Origin: Octopus bimaculoides
Taxonomy: Eukaryota
Reading direction: 5' to 3'
Assembly: GCF_001194135.2 (NCBI RefSeq)
Contig: NC_068987.1
Coordinates: 27,108,697-27,148,341 of the forward strand
DNA length: 39,645 nt
In this document: one piece after another, positions 23,337-37,760 of the stretch
Layout of the letters: each line of letters begins with the position of its first letter
How positions within the stretch are numbered: position 1 is the stretch's first letter
Translations under genes and position numbers: made by a program
Notes under the pieces: model-generated
Told to the model about the DNA's origin: nothing
Databases searched by the model: none
Seen by the model: only the letters and a program-made list of their open reading frames with translations

Positions 23337-24312
23337 GTCCAACCTTGCAATATAACATCAACTTATTTAAAATATGCTGTTCAAGTCTTAGTTCTCACTT
23401 CCTCCCTTCCTTCCACTAATCTCAAAGTTTCGGATGAATATAATGTGTGCTGCACTTCGCCTTCGCAGTAATCCATAAGTTATAAATTCTATACGTATAT
23501 ACTTCGCATTTCAAAGTTTCTTTTCGTGTAGCTTAAATAGTTTAATAGAATATACCTACGTGATAGCTGATAACTGGAATATTTTTCCTATTACAGTTTG
23601 GTTTCACCTGCTTTCTTAATATTTCTCATGTGAAAATAAGTATAGTATCTTTCTTCGCCATAATATCGAAAAGATAACCATAATTTTTTTATAATGTATA
23701 TTATATCCATCGCTAGTTTGTAAAAAAATATGACACCCTTCATGAGTGCGGAATGCTATTCAGTGTGCAACATAGAAAACGATTTAATAAAAAAATAAAG
23801 CAGGAAGTCTGTTGGTTGACAGACATGTTTTCTCAAACTGAGTTTTTAAAGTGTGTACTTCATTCTTTCTACTCATTTATTATTATGGTTTTGTCATTTC
23901 ATCACCCACAAAATACACTTGAAATCCCAGGTCCTTTCTGTACACACTGAGTATATTCTGTTCGGAATTAACCACCTACGGCTACAATATCCAATTTGTT
24001 CTTCCTCTTCAACTCCACAGCATACGATTCGAAGGAAATTTGATTGCTACTTCTAGCAGAGTGGTCAGATAGAAGCGTGTTTGTTGGTTCGTGATAATTT
24101 TTACAGTTGTTTATCATCAGGACATCCTTAATCCAGTAGACATCCCATCCCTGGGCATTTCCCTTTGTATATGAACATCTATATCACTAATGCAACCTTT
24201 TTTTTTTTTAAGATAGTAGAATAATATCTGTGTATAATGTAAATGATTTTTTCTAGCGAGCGGAGCGATCATATACAGGATCTCTTGCTGTTCCGTGTTA
24301 ATTATTATAATC

Positions 24313-24440
24313 TTGAGCTAGTAGAATTGTTAGCGGACGGGAAAGTGTTTTGCGCTAATAGTTTATATTCTTTGTGGTCTGTGTTCAAATCCAGCTGTGA
24401 TCGACTTTGCATTGCATAATTTCGTAGTCGATAAGTATAG
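24313..24440 (+). mobile_element. SINE family A, highly degenerate
   Basis: gagctagtagaattgttagc...gtgttcaaatcc...gatcgactttgc matches family A. Confidence 0.6.
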
Positions 24441-25061
24441 TAATTGTAAAGTACTGTCAAGAATTGTTGTTTATGACATCGGTTATGCCCCTTCCCTTAC
24501 AGCCTGATACTGTGCCTAACTTAGAAACAATTATGGTAATGTATATCCCTATATTGTGTGATTTATCGGTCGTTTTGAGATGAGACTGAAATTATGCCAT
24601 CGACAACATCATCTATAATTAGCTAGAAATTCCGTTACTTATTGAGAATATATTCTAGTTGTGAATCGTAGTTCTTCACAAAATGTCCATCAATAATAAG
24701 CAATGACGGCCATATTGAGACAATTCTGATATAAGGGCCGTCTGCGGAAGAAGAAGGGAATTGGCAGTTTTTTTTTTTTAGAACTTTGGATGCAATCTTA
24801 TGTGGTATTTAGACACAATAATTAGCCCCGTTCTAAACGATAACTTTCTTCTTGGATGTCGCTCGCGGACATTACACTGAGGCAAACATTTAGATTTGAC
24901 CCCCAGTAATAAGTTTCCTTTCTCCCACCCACCTATTTTGGGGACTGCTCAAAGGCCAATCGAAGGCCAATATATTGCGCTTTACTCTTCACTACTGATG
25001 AAACGATAACAAATGTACTTCAAACAACTGAAATGAAAATTCAATACATAAAAGAAATATA

Positions 25062-25479
25062 CGAGGGGATACCCAATAGTAAAAGGAAACACTCTCTGTT
25101 GGACAAGCCCGTTGTAATTTGGGCTTCTGCCTCTAGAAGCCACTTGATGCGAATGCAACACTCAAGCATCAGTCTGCTGGCCGGCGACATCGGGTGGAGT
25201 CATACTGCCACGTTGTGCATCTTTGTTCGTCGACTTTTGTGATTCCTGAAACGAACGAACAGCGTGCTTTTGCGAAATTCTGTTTTCTGCCGGGGAAATT
25301 GACGGTCGAATCGGTTCTCATGCCTCAAACAGCTTACAAGGAGGTTGCCATGAGCAACACACAAGTTTACGAGTGGTTTCCACGCATTAGGAATGAAGAC
25401 TTATCGCTTGAAGACCAACCTCGTTGAGGACGACCATCGACCTCCCGAACAAATCAAAACATGAACTGATACTGGAGGA
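25062..25479 (+). mobile_element. Mariner transposon 5' end (second family), running into an N-gap
   Basis: Starts TA|cgagggg; translation NEQRAFAKFCFLPGK...AYKEVAMSNTQVYEWFPRIRNEDLSLEDQPR*GRPSTSRT. Confidence 0.88.
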
Positions 25480-26104
25480 NNNNNNNNNNNNNNNNNNNNN
25501 NNNNNNNNNNNNNNNNNNNNNNNNNNNNNNNNNNNNNNNNNNNNNNNNNNNNNNNNNNNNNNNNNNNNNNNNNNNNNNNNNNNNNNNNNNNNNNNNNNNN
25601 NNNNNNNNNNNNNNNNNNNNNNNNNNNNNNNNNNNNNNNNNNNNNNNNNNNNNNNNNNNNNNNNNNNNNNNNNNNNNNNNNNNNNNNNNNNNNNNNNNNN
25701 NNNNNNNNNNNNNNNNNNNNNNNNNNNNNNNNNNNNNNNNNNNNNNNNNNNNNNNNNNNNNNNNNNNNNNNNNNNNNNNNNNNNNNNNNNNNNNNNNNNN
25801 NNNNNNNNNNNNNNNNNNNNNNNNNNNNNNNNNNNNNNNNNNNNNNNNNNNNNNNNNNNNNNNNNNNNNNNNNNNNNNNNNNNNNNNNNNNNNNNNNNNN
25901 NNNNNNNNNNNNNNNNNNNNNNNNNNNNNNNNNNNNNNNNNNNNNNNNNNNNNNNNNNNNNNNNNNNNNNNNNNNNNNNNNNNNNNNNNNNNNNNNNNNN
26001 NNNNNNNNNNNNNNNNNNNNNNNNNNNNNNNNNNNNNNNNNNNNNNNNNNNNNNNNNNNNNNNNNNNNNNNNNNNNNNNNNNNNNNNNNNNNNNNNNNNN
26101 NNNN
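25480..26104. other. Assembly gap
   Basis: N-run. Confidence 0.98.
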
Positions 26105-28825
26105 TCTTTATTAACACACGCACTGGTTCAATTTCCCCCCTTTATTATCGTCTATTCGAGAAATATCCAAATAACTAAATGCGTGTTTGTTTAATTTGGT
26201 TAAACAGTAAGTTATTTGTTTTGTTTTTGTTTATCAACGCACCAATTCACATAACGAATCTTGCAAACCAGATACAAAAACGAAATTTCTTGTCATTCAG
26301 GTTGTAAACTAAATGTTATGTGAACTGCGGGATTGCTTAAAAATTGATCGAACGACTAAAAAGAGATAAAAGTTTATGATAATTTAACATATCGTTACCT
26401 AAGTCTCTGCATGATAATAATTAAATTTATTGGCTCAAATATATTATGCAAATTAGTGTATTTAAGTATTTACTTGACACGCACTATATGACGGTCGACA
26501 ACTCATCTCCCTAGACGGAGTTAGTTTCTGGTTATCACATTTAGTTTAACTAAAAGTAATTAACTTAAAATATGGATTTGCGAAATTCTAATTTGAAAAT
26601 ATTCAATTATTCATATATTTGAAACTTTGCTATATTCTGTAAATAGAGCATAATCCACTTCGATCTGGAGAACCAAACCATCTTAAATCCCCCATTTTTA
26701 TGTCCATGGCCTCGTCCATCTCTATCTGGATGGACCTACAATAAATAGAAATGAAATGGTTCGACCATTAACGATCATGTTGGAACATATTCAACTTTTA
26801 TAAAGTGTAATCTTGGATGAATAAATTTAAATAAAAATTATAATTATGTGTGGAGGGAACACGGTTGTTGTGTCAGTGTGAATAAATTCGTTGGTTGAAT
26901 TCCTTAACAAGGCATTTCCTACCATAATGTACCAGTACACACGATCTATAAGAAGTACAAGACTGGTGCTAGAACAGATTTCTCTTCTTCCAGCTGTAAC
27001 ACCCGGATGTTCCAACGCGCCAGAGTAAAGGGAAGATCGCGATTTCAAATGCCCCTTCAATTATTAGCAAAAGCATGGTACATATATTAAGCCATACTTG
27101 TTCACCAGTGATGAGTGGCCGGACTTTATATCCGAATGGCCTTTTATAACTATATCAATGATATACAATTTATCTATGTAGTCTATTATATCTATCTTTT
27201 TCTCATTTTATTCCTATTTTTCATAATTACGTTTCAGAGCAATAACCCTGTAATTTTCATGAACAACTCCTACTTGACTTAATTTACCTTTTCACGCCTA
27301 CAATCATGAGGAAATGAATGCCAATTATATTCCAATAACATTCCAATAGAGAGATGTCTAAAATCAATCAAAGATGGACTTATGGTAGAAATAAATACGA
27401 GATAATATTTCTTATCATTTCCCGCATTGTTCATCTGCTTTGAAGGTAAAATATAATGACTTGATTGTGTTCGAGTCACTGGTATAGAATTAGACAGGAT
27501 AAACAGACATTCCTAAGCTATTATGCTAAAGTGTGAATATTTCTATCGTTCAGACGAAGAATGGAAATAATTGATGTTCATGAAAGCGAGCGAGGATTTA
27601 TTACTTTAGCAACATGTAAGAAAATGAAGTTTGCCGGTAATTATAAGCGATGTTTTTATAGCTATAATTATCATTTTAGACTTAACCACAGTCAACACAA
27701 ACAAACAGCCATTGTATTAACACCAATTATTACTATCTTCATAATAACCTAATTCTATATTACATATAAATAAAGAGAATAATTAATTAAAGTGGTAAAC
27801 ACTTTTCGTCGGTTTATGGAGCCTGGCTGCTGTCGAATCGGTTATTAGCATTCAGGGCTAGGTTAATGTAACGTAAATCATATCAGCATCCCTTGTAAGA
27901 AGTTATAACATTGTGCAAATTTTGTATTGCTTATATAAATTAATGGACTTAACAAAGTTATGGCTTTCAGTAGAATAATTGCAGATTCATTCTTCATATT
28001 TGTAAGGTAATATAAGGAAGAATATATAAGTTAGCTTGATGGTGAAAGCCGCTAAGGGTATGTTTTATGATTGATAACAAGGTGTGCCACTTTCTCAATG
28101 AACTAAAGTAATTTTGTCCAGAATTCAGACGTGACCCATTCAACTCAGTCTTTAGATTATACTTCTAACCATATGTGGCAAATCTCCTTTATATGTTTTA
28201 GAAAAATTATGAATAGTTTTATAGATATTGGAATTGTTAACTCAAAGAATATTGGATTTCAACCAATGACATGTTTTATTGGATATATGAGTTCCAAAAT
28301 TTATTTCATAAATGGTAACAGAAAAAAAAATTAACCGTACGGTTAGAAAGAGAATTGCTTGCCTTCACTTAATTCGTGGTGTCGAAATTTCAGATTAAAA
28401 TTAACTTTTCAAACAAATTATTAGCTGCATACCATCATTTTTATTAGTTGTGTCACGTCACTATAACGAAACCTTCTGATTAACTAACAAACATGCAGGC
28501 GCACGTTATACATACATATGCAGACAGGAACAAAAACACGCATACAAACAACGATCATATTAGTGTCCACGTATGTATGTATATATATTTGTGAGTGTGT
28601 GTATGTATACACACTCACATGCACACACATATAAGTATATGTGTGTGTATGTGTATACGTGCATACGCACGCAAACGCATCTTACTTTACCTCGGTTATT
28701 TCCTGTCAAAATCTCTGCTTGCTATAAAGTACTGTATGACATTCCTGTATGTTTTCAGCAAGCACAGTGTGTTATGACGATTATAAACATTTCAACTATA
28801 CAAAATGTTGGTAGGGAAAAAACTA

Positions 28826-28872
28826 AGTGACTATACGTATTTCGAGGCTAGTTGGAAGCCTCTTCAGCGACT
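28826..28872 (-). ncRNA. Degenerate minimal type I hammerhead-like motif
   Basis: Minus strand: AGUCG-CUGAA-GAGGCU-(7 nt)-AGCCUC-GAAA-UACGUA-U-A-GUCACU. The core is 2 nt short and stem I is imperfect. Confidence 0.45.
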
Positions 28873-29018
28873 GTGCATCATACCCACCTAAAACATGTAA
28901 TTTGTTTCTATTCATGAACATATTTTGTAGACAAATTGCTTACATTCGTCACAACACACCGATCGTGATAAAAAAACCTTTGAATATGTTACATTGTACA
29001 TTACAGTAGACGCACAAT

Positions 29019-29181
29019 AGGCGCAGTAGTGGTTATGTCATAAGTAGCTTGCTTACCATCCACATGATTCCGGGTTCAGTCCCACTGTGTAGCCCCTTGG
29101 GTAAGTGTCTTCTACTATAACCTCAGACCGACCAAAGCCTTGTGAGTGGATTTGCTAGACGGAAATTCAAAGAAGCCCGTC

Positions 29182-29222
<41 letters not shown>

Positions 29223-29438
29223 TATGTGCTTTTGTGTCTGTGTTTGTCCCCCATCATCGCTTGACAACCGATGTTGGGTTGTTTACGCTCCAGTAACTTA
29301 GCAGTTCCGCAAAATAGACAGATGGAATAAATACTAGGCTTACAAAGAATAAGTCCTGGGATCGATTTGTTCGACTAAATGCGGTGCTCCAGCATGGTCC
29401 CATCCAAATGATTGAAACAAATAAAAGAATAAAAGAAT
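29019..29438 (+). mobile_element. tRNA-derived SINE (family B), near full length, internal (TA)n
   Basis: aggcgcagtagtggtt head, gggttcagtccc B-box-like motif, body, and aataaaagaat tail. Confidence 0.9.
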
Positions 29439-31137
29439 CGTATGAAATACTGTTAATACAACAATAGTTTACTTTATTTGCTTGGCTATTTTAATGGAAC
29501 GTAGTCCGCTTTGGCCAATTCGCATAAAGATCCAATCAAAGTAATAGAAGATTGCGGAAAGAATCACATTAACGTAGTTACGTTAAACCGAAACTGTAGA
29601 TTTTCCTTCTGATCCTTTCATTTCGAGCTGTACATTATATATTGCAGCATCAAAGCACCATTTATCATAGGAAAGTGTGTGCTATCCTACTTCATGTAGG
29701 GAAAGGAAAATTTTTAACTAATTGAAATTACACCTACAGTAATGATGAACAAGGCATTATTTGAATGATTAATTTTGTTCAAGAAACGCTAAAGAGATAA
29801 TCGGGAATTTAAATAAATTAAAATTAATTAAATGTAGTAATGGTAGGGCCTGAATCTGATATTCTAAATATGCTAGAGCCCGTATTGCTGTCATGCCCTG
29901 CTGGAATCTGTATTCGAAGAATTCAATTAATTTTAAGTGTGTGTTTGTTTCAATTACCTCGATTTTTCAAAAATTCAGCTTTGAAACGACGATATTTATC
30001 TCAGTTCGAATGATCTAATTTTTACTAGTCAAAATTTCTTATTTCACAGAATCCCAATATGAGCAATCAGTATATAATAAATTATATCTGTAATTATACG
30101 AGAAAGGAAACATTCTCCTGGTGTATTGACAAGTTTTGGAATACTGTGAATTTGGTAGTTATCGAATATACATCTAATACAAGATACGTACCGCCATTCA
30201 ACAGAGATCAAATGGAGTGTGTACTTTATTTTCTATTTTGTGTTTTTAAAGTAAGTATTTTACCACAACCACTCACTTTTAAACAGTCAATTGTAGCTTT
30301 CTCAAGTTTTGAAAATTTATCGATTCACACCACTTTGATTTGCTGCAGATATTTGTGGAATGTTTCTAGAATTATCATCATAATCACTAATAATCATAAC
30401 TATAATAATATATTCCCCCAAATTTTCTCCATATAATCTGTCACCAACTACTTGTAGTTTCCAAGAGTAGCCTCTCAGCTGAATATGATACATAAAAGCG
30501 TTGTTGATTTGTTTTTTTCTTTTTGTACTAATTGTAGCTACAATCCAAAATACCACCATATTCATGTAAACTACTTGGTAGACATTGCAAATATCATGTT
30601 GGTATTAAATAGGTAAGTTTGCTAAAATAGTGGACAGTTAGAGCACTTTAGTATACACTTCAGTATACTTGATGTACCATTGTAATATGTCATTTGGTAT
30701 TTAACCCCAAAACGGCCCCCTCTAATTGTTCGTTTATTGCACATTTGTGTCGAGATATATTAATGTAATTAAAATTAAACAAGTATGAAGATAAGCTCAT
30801 ACTAACACATACATGCGTTCATATTTATATACTCACCTACAAGGATAGTTTTATTAGACATATATATATATATATAATAATATTATTAGGGACAAAATCC
30901 AAAATTACAGGTAAAGAACTCAATTAAAATCAATTTATAAACAATTAAAATTAAATTGAGCCTTATAGATAAAGTATATATAAAATATATATAGTTTTAG
31001 GGAAAATAACCAATTTTCAAGAACTCATCGATGAAAATCCACTATCACATATAGAAAAATTAATAATTAAAAGCACAATAAATGAGTATAATATAAAGTA
31101 AAGTAAATATCATAAGATAAATATAATAAAAAGATTA

Positions 31138-31393
31138 NNNNNNNNNNNNNNNNNNNNNNNNNNNNNNNNNNNNNNNNNNNNNNNNNNNNNNNNNNNNNNN
31201 NNNNNNNNNNNNNNNNNNNNNNNNNNNNNNNNNNNNNNNNNNNNNNNNNNNNNNNNNNNNNNNNNNNNNNNNNNNNNNNNNNNNNNNNNNNNNNNNNNNN
31301 NNNNNNNNNNNNNNNNNNNNNNNNNNNNNNNNNNNNNNNNNNNNNNNNNNNNNNNNNNNNNNNNNNNNNNNNNNNNNNNNNNNNNNNNNNNNN
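31138..31393. other. Assembly gap
   Basis: N-run. Confidence 0.98.
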
Positions 31394-31734
31394 TTATATA
31401 CAAAAAACATCTTACCTAAATTATCATTGTTTTAAATTATCATTGTTTTAAATACAAGTTGAACGAAGTTTAAGTTTAAAATAATAATGAAGATAAAATT
31501 AGTACATATTTAACCGGTGTAATAGTTAACGCTATACTATTTAAAGCTAAAGACGTTTATTTAATTATGATTAAAGATCAATTGAATAATAGAAAAATAC
31601 AAGATTATTTATTTCTACAAACGTAATAATAAAAAAATATGAATGAAAAAATTATGAATGGAAAAAATTATGAATGAAAAAATTAGGAAAGAAAAATTAT
31701 TAAGAATAAAAGGTTAAACTTTATATATATATAC

Positions 31735-31765
<31 letters not shown>

Positions 31766-32189
31766 TTATTTGAAATAGATAGTAAAATGCTATTGATTCA
31801 GTTGGACAAGAATGTGAATTCAAATATGTTTCGAAAGTCGTGAGGAATAAGCCTACAAACTGTTTATGTTGATGGAATTTCATTTAAATTGATTCCTTTA
31901 CAAAGAAAAAGACACTCCACACGTACTTAGAAAGTAATTAAATTTATGACCAGTATACAGAAAACAATATTTTTAGTACATGTTCGTATATAGATAAACG
32001 ATTACCAATGTGGAAATATCAGTTATGCTCAGTTCTGTTCCTTTAGTTAAACAGAAACCCACTTTATAAAGAATTCATGAGGCCTACTGAAAGAAACAAC
32101 GGTTGCAAAACTGCACATACAAACATTGTATAAAAATAAGAATATGTAATCAAGGTCTTTTCTTTTGGATTGCCAATAATTATGTCTAT

Positions 32190-32389
32190 ATATTGATTTC
32201 AAATTTTGACAGAAGGAGAAGGGGTAAGTCGATTACAATGAATTCAGGGCTCAAATGATACTTATTCTAAGATCCCAAAAGAATGAAAAGCAAAGTCGAA
32301 GTGGGCGGATTTGAAACTGGAGCTTAAATGCAGATGAAATGCCACTAAGCATTCTGATCGGCGTGCTAATAATTCTGTCAGCTTGCCGC
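32190..32389 (-). mobile_element. SINE family A, degenerate
   Basis: gcaaagtcga...ggatttgaaact...gatgaaatgcc...ggcgtgctaataattctgtcagcttgccgc aligns with 10880-10978. Confidence 0.75.
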
Positions 32390-35300
32390 GTTTATATTAA
32401 TTTATATTCAATAATGCAGTTAAGAAATGCATAGAACTAGGTTGAGTCCCTTGAATTGTTTGTAATTGTGAAGTTAAGACGATAATCTATATATCGTAGT
32501 GTCGAAAGGGATTTTTGGAAAGTGTGTTATTGAAATATTTATGAAATTTCATTTTAGAAGCTTCATTATAAATGTTACATTGATATTCCTTCTGTTAAAC
32601 ATTATAGACAAAAGCTGTGAATCGAAAGTTAGTTAATAGGGAGATAGTGATTGGTGTCGATTGTTTATTTTGGACTGTAGTTGGTGGGGTATTTAAACAC
32701 ACAAAATAGAAAATAAAGTATACACTCCATTTGATCTTTGTAGAATGGTGGTACTTGTATTAGATGTATAACTACCAAAGTTTTCGTATTGTAAGTGCAT
32801 ACATAGGAAATACTAAGATATTTGATACAGGGTGATTCAGGTGATATACATAGCTATATGAACTAAGTGCAAATGTCCAATTTTAACCGACCACGGAAAA
32901 GCGGCTCCTCTTGCAGAGATGCATAACTGTATTTTATTTATTTTTCTAAACGTTTCCATAAGGAACGCTATAGATGAGATCTTATTGTAAATTTTAAATA
33001 AAGATACGGGATGAAGTCTAATAACCAATGAAATTAAAGTTAATTTACACTCAATGACAGAAATAGTATAGAAGTTAATACAGAGAAGTAAAGGAATTCC
33101 AAAATTTTAGAGGATATTCTGTAATTTAACACGTGATAAACTGCCAAATTTTCTCATAAAAAATTAATAGTAATGCAAGAAAACAAGAATTATGCTAGAA
33201 TATCTTTACCTATATTAAAGATTTAAGAATAGGGTTTGATTTAATGAAGAATATTTTAGATGAAACGTTCTACCTCTGTTATATTTTAGATACTCTATAC
33301 ATATGTGACTTAAGTCAGATAAGAGAGAATGTATGCGTATGAAGCTCACAAAGTTATCCTCAAAGCATATCACTGAGAATACAGAGATATAATATCATAA
33401 ATAATTTAATATAATTTTATATTTTAGAAATATACTTTCAAAATACTATAAATCTTTCAAATCCTATTCATTCAAAAATGAAAACAAACCATAGAAATTA
33501 TACATAAATGCAAACAATTAGATATTCTTTAGCTCTAGATTTTATATTGATAAGCTAAAGCCTACAGTAGTACAAGTACACATTCATACACATACAAAAG
33601 CACATACACACACACCCACACACTTAACCACATACCAGACGCATATACACACATATATAATGAATACTGGAATACATTTATAAATTAACTTAATATTAAG
33701 GAATTACTAAAAGGCTATGAAGCAATTATCTTTGTATGTTAAAAGCAACTATTTATCGATAAACATCATAATAATAGCAGTTTAAAGAATATTAATCAAT
33801 AATAATCTAATAAAAATTTTTGTGTAAAGGTCACAAACTCTGAAGAAGCAAAGAATGTAAGTTTAAAATAACTGTTAAAAAGATCAAACGAGTTATAGAA
33901 TTCACACAATGGACCTGTATGACAAAGCAAAAGATACTAACGGATACAAAGTATGAGAACTGGCTTAAGATCATATTTATATTTTTTCGCTACTATATAT
34001 GTATATATGCACGTATTTTCCATTTACTTAAAACAGATCGCGATACACATCGTTCTTGACAGCATGAAAATATACACAATGACTTCATAATAACCATTGA
34101 AGATAAAGCAAACAATAACATACTGTGCATCATTATTCCAGGAAATAAAAAAAAAATTGTTTGACATGACATAAACAATGAAAATAAACAAATCTGAAAA
34201 CATCACCAAAATGATCGTGAGATACAAAGCGCGAGATAAGGGAAATAACACAAGTTGGCATATCACATTAATTTAAATAAGTCTGGCTGGCCGTGATGCA
34301 TTGAAAGGTGCGAGCAAAAACTTTGAAAAAGAAGTAAAATTTACCTTTAAGTTGGAGAAAGGAAACAAATACCTAAGGGTAAATCGCTACCGTACTAATT
34401 ATAATGAAAGATAATTTCAAGATATCAAAACTAAATTCCATAGACGATAGTAATTTCATATTGAGTTGTTTAGAGAGAGCATCTTATTGTTAGCGGACTA
34501 ACTGGTTGAGCAGATTATGATTTCCATTATTAAACCACATCAGCATTCTTGTCAACTAAAGCCTGTTTTCAACCTTAAACAGGCATCTACAAGAAAAGAA
34601 TGGATGAAGATTTCTCAGCATTATGATTTACATTATTACAAAATATGTTCTTAAAAAAATATTTCAGTAAACTCTTCGCATAATTTAGAAATACAAATCA
34701 ACAAAGTTGCAATGAATGAAAGACTTAAATTCTACATGGATTGAAATTAATCATTTAAGTGGGCTAAATGAAGTCGTAAAAATTGCAAGCAGGTCTCAAA
34801 TAAAAGAACAAATAATTCTAAGAAATTGTTACTGGACTGCACAAGAAGATGAACTTTCATGCAGAGGGGAAACAGACAAGGTGATAGCTATGGGCAAATA
34901 GAACAATATCTACAAATACTTTTGGGCAATATAATAATTATAAATGAGCAACATGAAACAATTTATGTCTCAAGATTTTTTTTATGATTCGTATAGGTGG
35001 TGATGTACTTACGCAGGCAAAATAGTCTAAATGAATTGAAATAAGGCAACTATTTTGAAAAACAAATTCAAGCAATGAGGACAAAATGTATTGTAAATAG
35101 AGATATATAAATAAAAGTTTATTTTCATCTTGCTAGTTACATATTGCTAGCACTATCATTCATGTTGATAACATTCCTATGGTTTCTCTCCCAAGTTCAA
35201 ATTGCTCTATGAAGTCATGTACTGTGATCACTGGTATTGACTTACCATATCTCTTCAGGGTAAATGCCTCTGTGCCTAAAAAGAAAAATAGTTATATATG

Positions 35301-36629
35301 TAAATATATTTTTATTAGCCTTTTTACCTATTTTTTTACATATCTAGTTGGTGACGATTACTCATGAATTTGAGAAAATTCTTTTCAAACGTATTTTGTG
35401 GACGACTAGTAGGTGTCTATGCAACGATTAACTCCTTTTTAATTCACCAATAGAGCTGAGCAAGATGACGTTGCAAGCTAACTGAGAACATAATGTACTG
35501 GAAGAAATAATGTAACACAAGTTGCCCAACGAACTAAATATTCTACTAATGCATCATCGAGACTGATACTTAAGTAAAAAATATGTATAGAGCTGCTACT
35601 TGGAAGGATAAGGAAGGAAAGGCTATGAAATCTCTCAAGCTTCAATAATAAAAGGGATAAACTGGACAATGTGGCCTTTGATTCTCATGATTTAAAGCAG
35701 ATGAGAGGTTTATGGCTGGAATACTATGTTGATAGACCTACACGAGCAGATCTGACATGTGTCTGTTTAAACAATTACCTGAACTTTGAGACTGATGAAA
35801 CAAAATTAGATCGTTGATAGAAGGATATACAGTGTATAAATTATATATAGATTTAAGATTTTGATGCAGGCCACACTTTGGAGCAAATAAATAGAGAAAA
35901 TACGGTTTCACTTTCGTACTTAAGCAAAACTTGTGTTTAGAAAATCAGAAAATATGTTGGTGTTATTTGAAATCAGTTCATAAGTGTAAGGCATTTGTTT
36001 AAAAACAATATGACACGACTATCTAAATAAAACTCAAATTGGAAGACAGAGTGATCTCTTTTAAGACGTAAATTCAAATCATAAAAGCAACAAATCACTG
36101 CATTGTATTTTATTCAAGTGCTCTTTACTTTCGATTGCATCAACATCAATAACTGACAGTTTTAATAATGATATAAGACTATATGTGTATACAAAAGCAG
36201 ATTAAACAATTTTTAAACATATTATAACTCAGATAATTGAGTATATTTATAAAATATCATAGCGACGTCTTACGATTTTAATGTAATTTTATACTAAATT
36301 TCTAAACGTTACGCTGTGATATACTTGCTCGACGAAAGTAAATAGTTGTATAGAAATAAAAGTTATTTAAAAGGTCAGTTAGATAAGATCAATTGCCAAT
36401 GCTGTTTTTGTTTTGAAATCTGAGTGAAACGCTATCAATAAATACATTTTTAATGAATTTACCAAAGACAAGGAGTGGCGTAAATATAGCGAATGGATGT
36501 ATTTAGAAAGTTAACTATAGCAGAGTACAAATATACAAACTGAAGCACACACATATGTACTCTCAGATACGCACACACACACACACACACGCACACAAAA
36601 CACGAACACAATCACACACATATGCATGC

Positions 36630-36673
<44 letters not shown>

Positions 36674-37224
36674 NNNNNNNNNNNNNNNNNNNNNNNNNNN
36701 NNNNNNNNNNNNNNNNNNNNNNNNNNNNNNNNNNNNNNNNNNNNNNNNNNNNNNNNNNNNNNNNNNNNNNNNNNNNNNNNNNNNNNNNNNNNNNNNNNNN
36801 NNNNNNNNNNNNNNNNNNNNNNNNNNNNNNNNNNNNNNNNNNNNNNNNNNNNNNNNNNNNNNNNNNNNNNNNNNNNNNNNNNNNNNNNNNNNNNNNNNNN
36901 NNNNNNNNNNNNNNNNNNNNNNNNNNNNNNNNNNNNNNNNNNNNNNNNNNNNNNNNNNNNNNNNNNNNNNNNNNNNNNNNNNNNNNNNNNNNNNNNNNNN
37001 NNNNNNNNNNNNNNNNNNNNNNNNNNNNNNNNNNNNNNNNNNNNNNNNNNNNNNNNNNNNNNNNNNNNNNNNNNNNNNNNNNNNNNNNNNNNNNNNNNNN
37101 NNNNNNNNNNNNNNNNNNNNNNNNNNNNNNNNNNNNNNNNNNNNNNNNNNNNNNNNNNNNNNNNNNNNNNNNNNNNNNNNNNNNNNNNNNNNNNNNNNNN
37201 NNNNNNNNNNNNNNNNNNNNNNNN
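36674..37224. other. Assembly gap flanked by (TA)n
   Basis: N-run. Confidence 0.98.
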
Positions 37225-37272
<48 letters not shown>

Positions 37273-37456
37273 GTGTGTGAATGTGTATATGTAGCTCTCT
37301 CTGTTACTCTCTCTACCTGTACATACATGTATAATATGATATGAATACATATATCTACATAATATATATATATATGATATATGTATATGTTATATATGTA
37401 ACATATGGTATGATTATAAACGGCAAATTTTAGCCATTTCCAGCAGACTGCAAACA

Positions 37457-37516
37457 GATGAACCAACTTAATCGATTTTCGAACCATATAGGGTTCTCAT
37501 CAGAGTTTTTCACATC
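37457..37516 (-). ncRNA. Minimal type I hammerhead ribozyme, catalytic core intact
   Basis: Minus strand: AACU-CUGAUGA-GAACC-cuauau-GGUUC-GAAA-AUCGAU-U-A-AGUU. All core nucleotides are present, stem II is 5 bp, stem III is the palindrome AAUCGAUU, and the triplet is UUA. Confidence 0.88.
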
Positions 37517-37760
37517 ATTCTGACACGCTCCAGAGACACATGCTGCCAAACCGTCCATATACTCAACAAATGCAGCACTTGCTCTATGAAGGAGTCCCTC
37601 ATTTGCATACCGAAAGTGTTTAAAACTCTATAAATACCAGCGGCCTGTGAACGGGGATCTTAGTCCACACAGTATTAAGGTATGATATAGTATGTATGTA
37701 ACATATGGTATAATTGAAAACAGGGCAAATTGTAGCCATTTCTCTGCAGACTGAAAAGGT

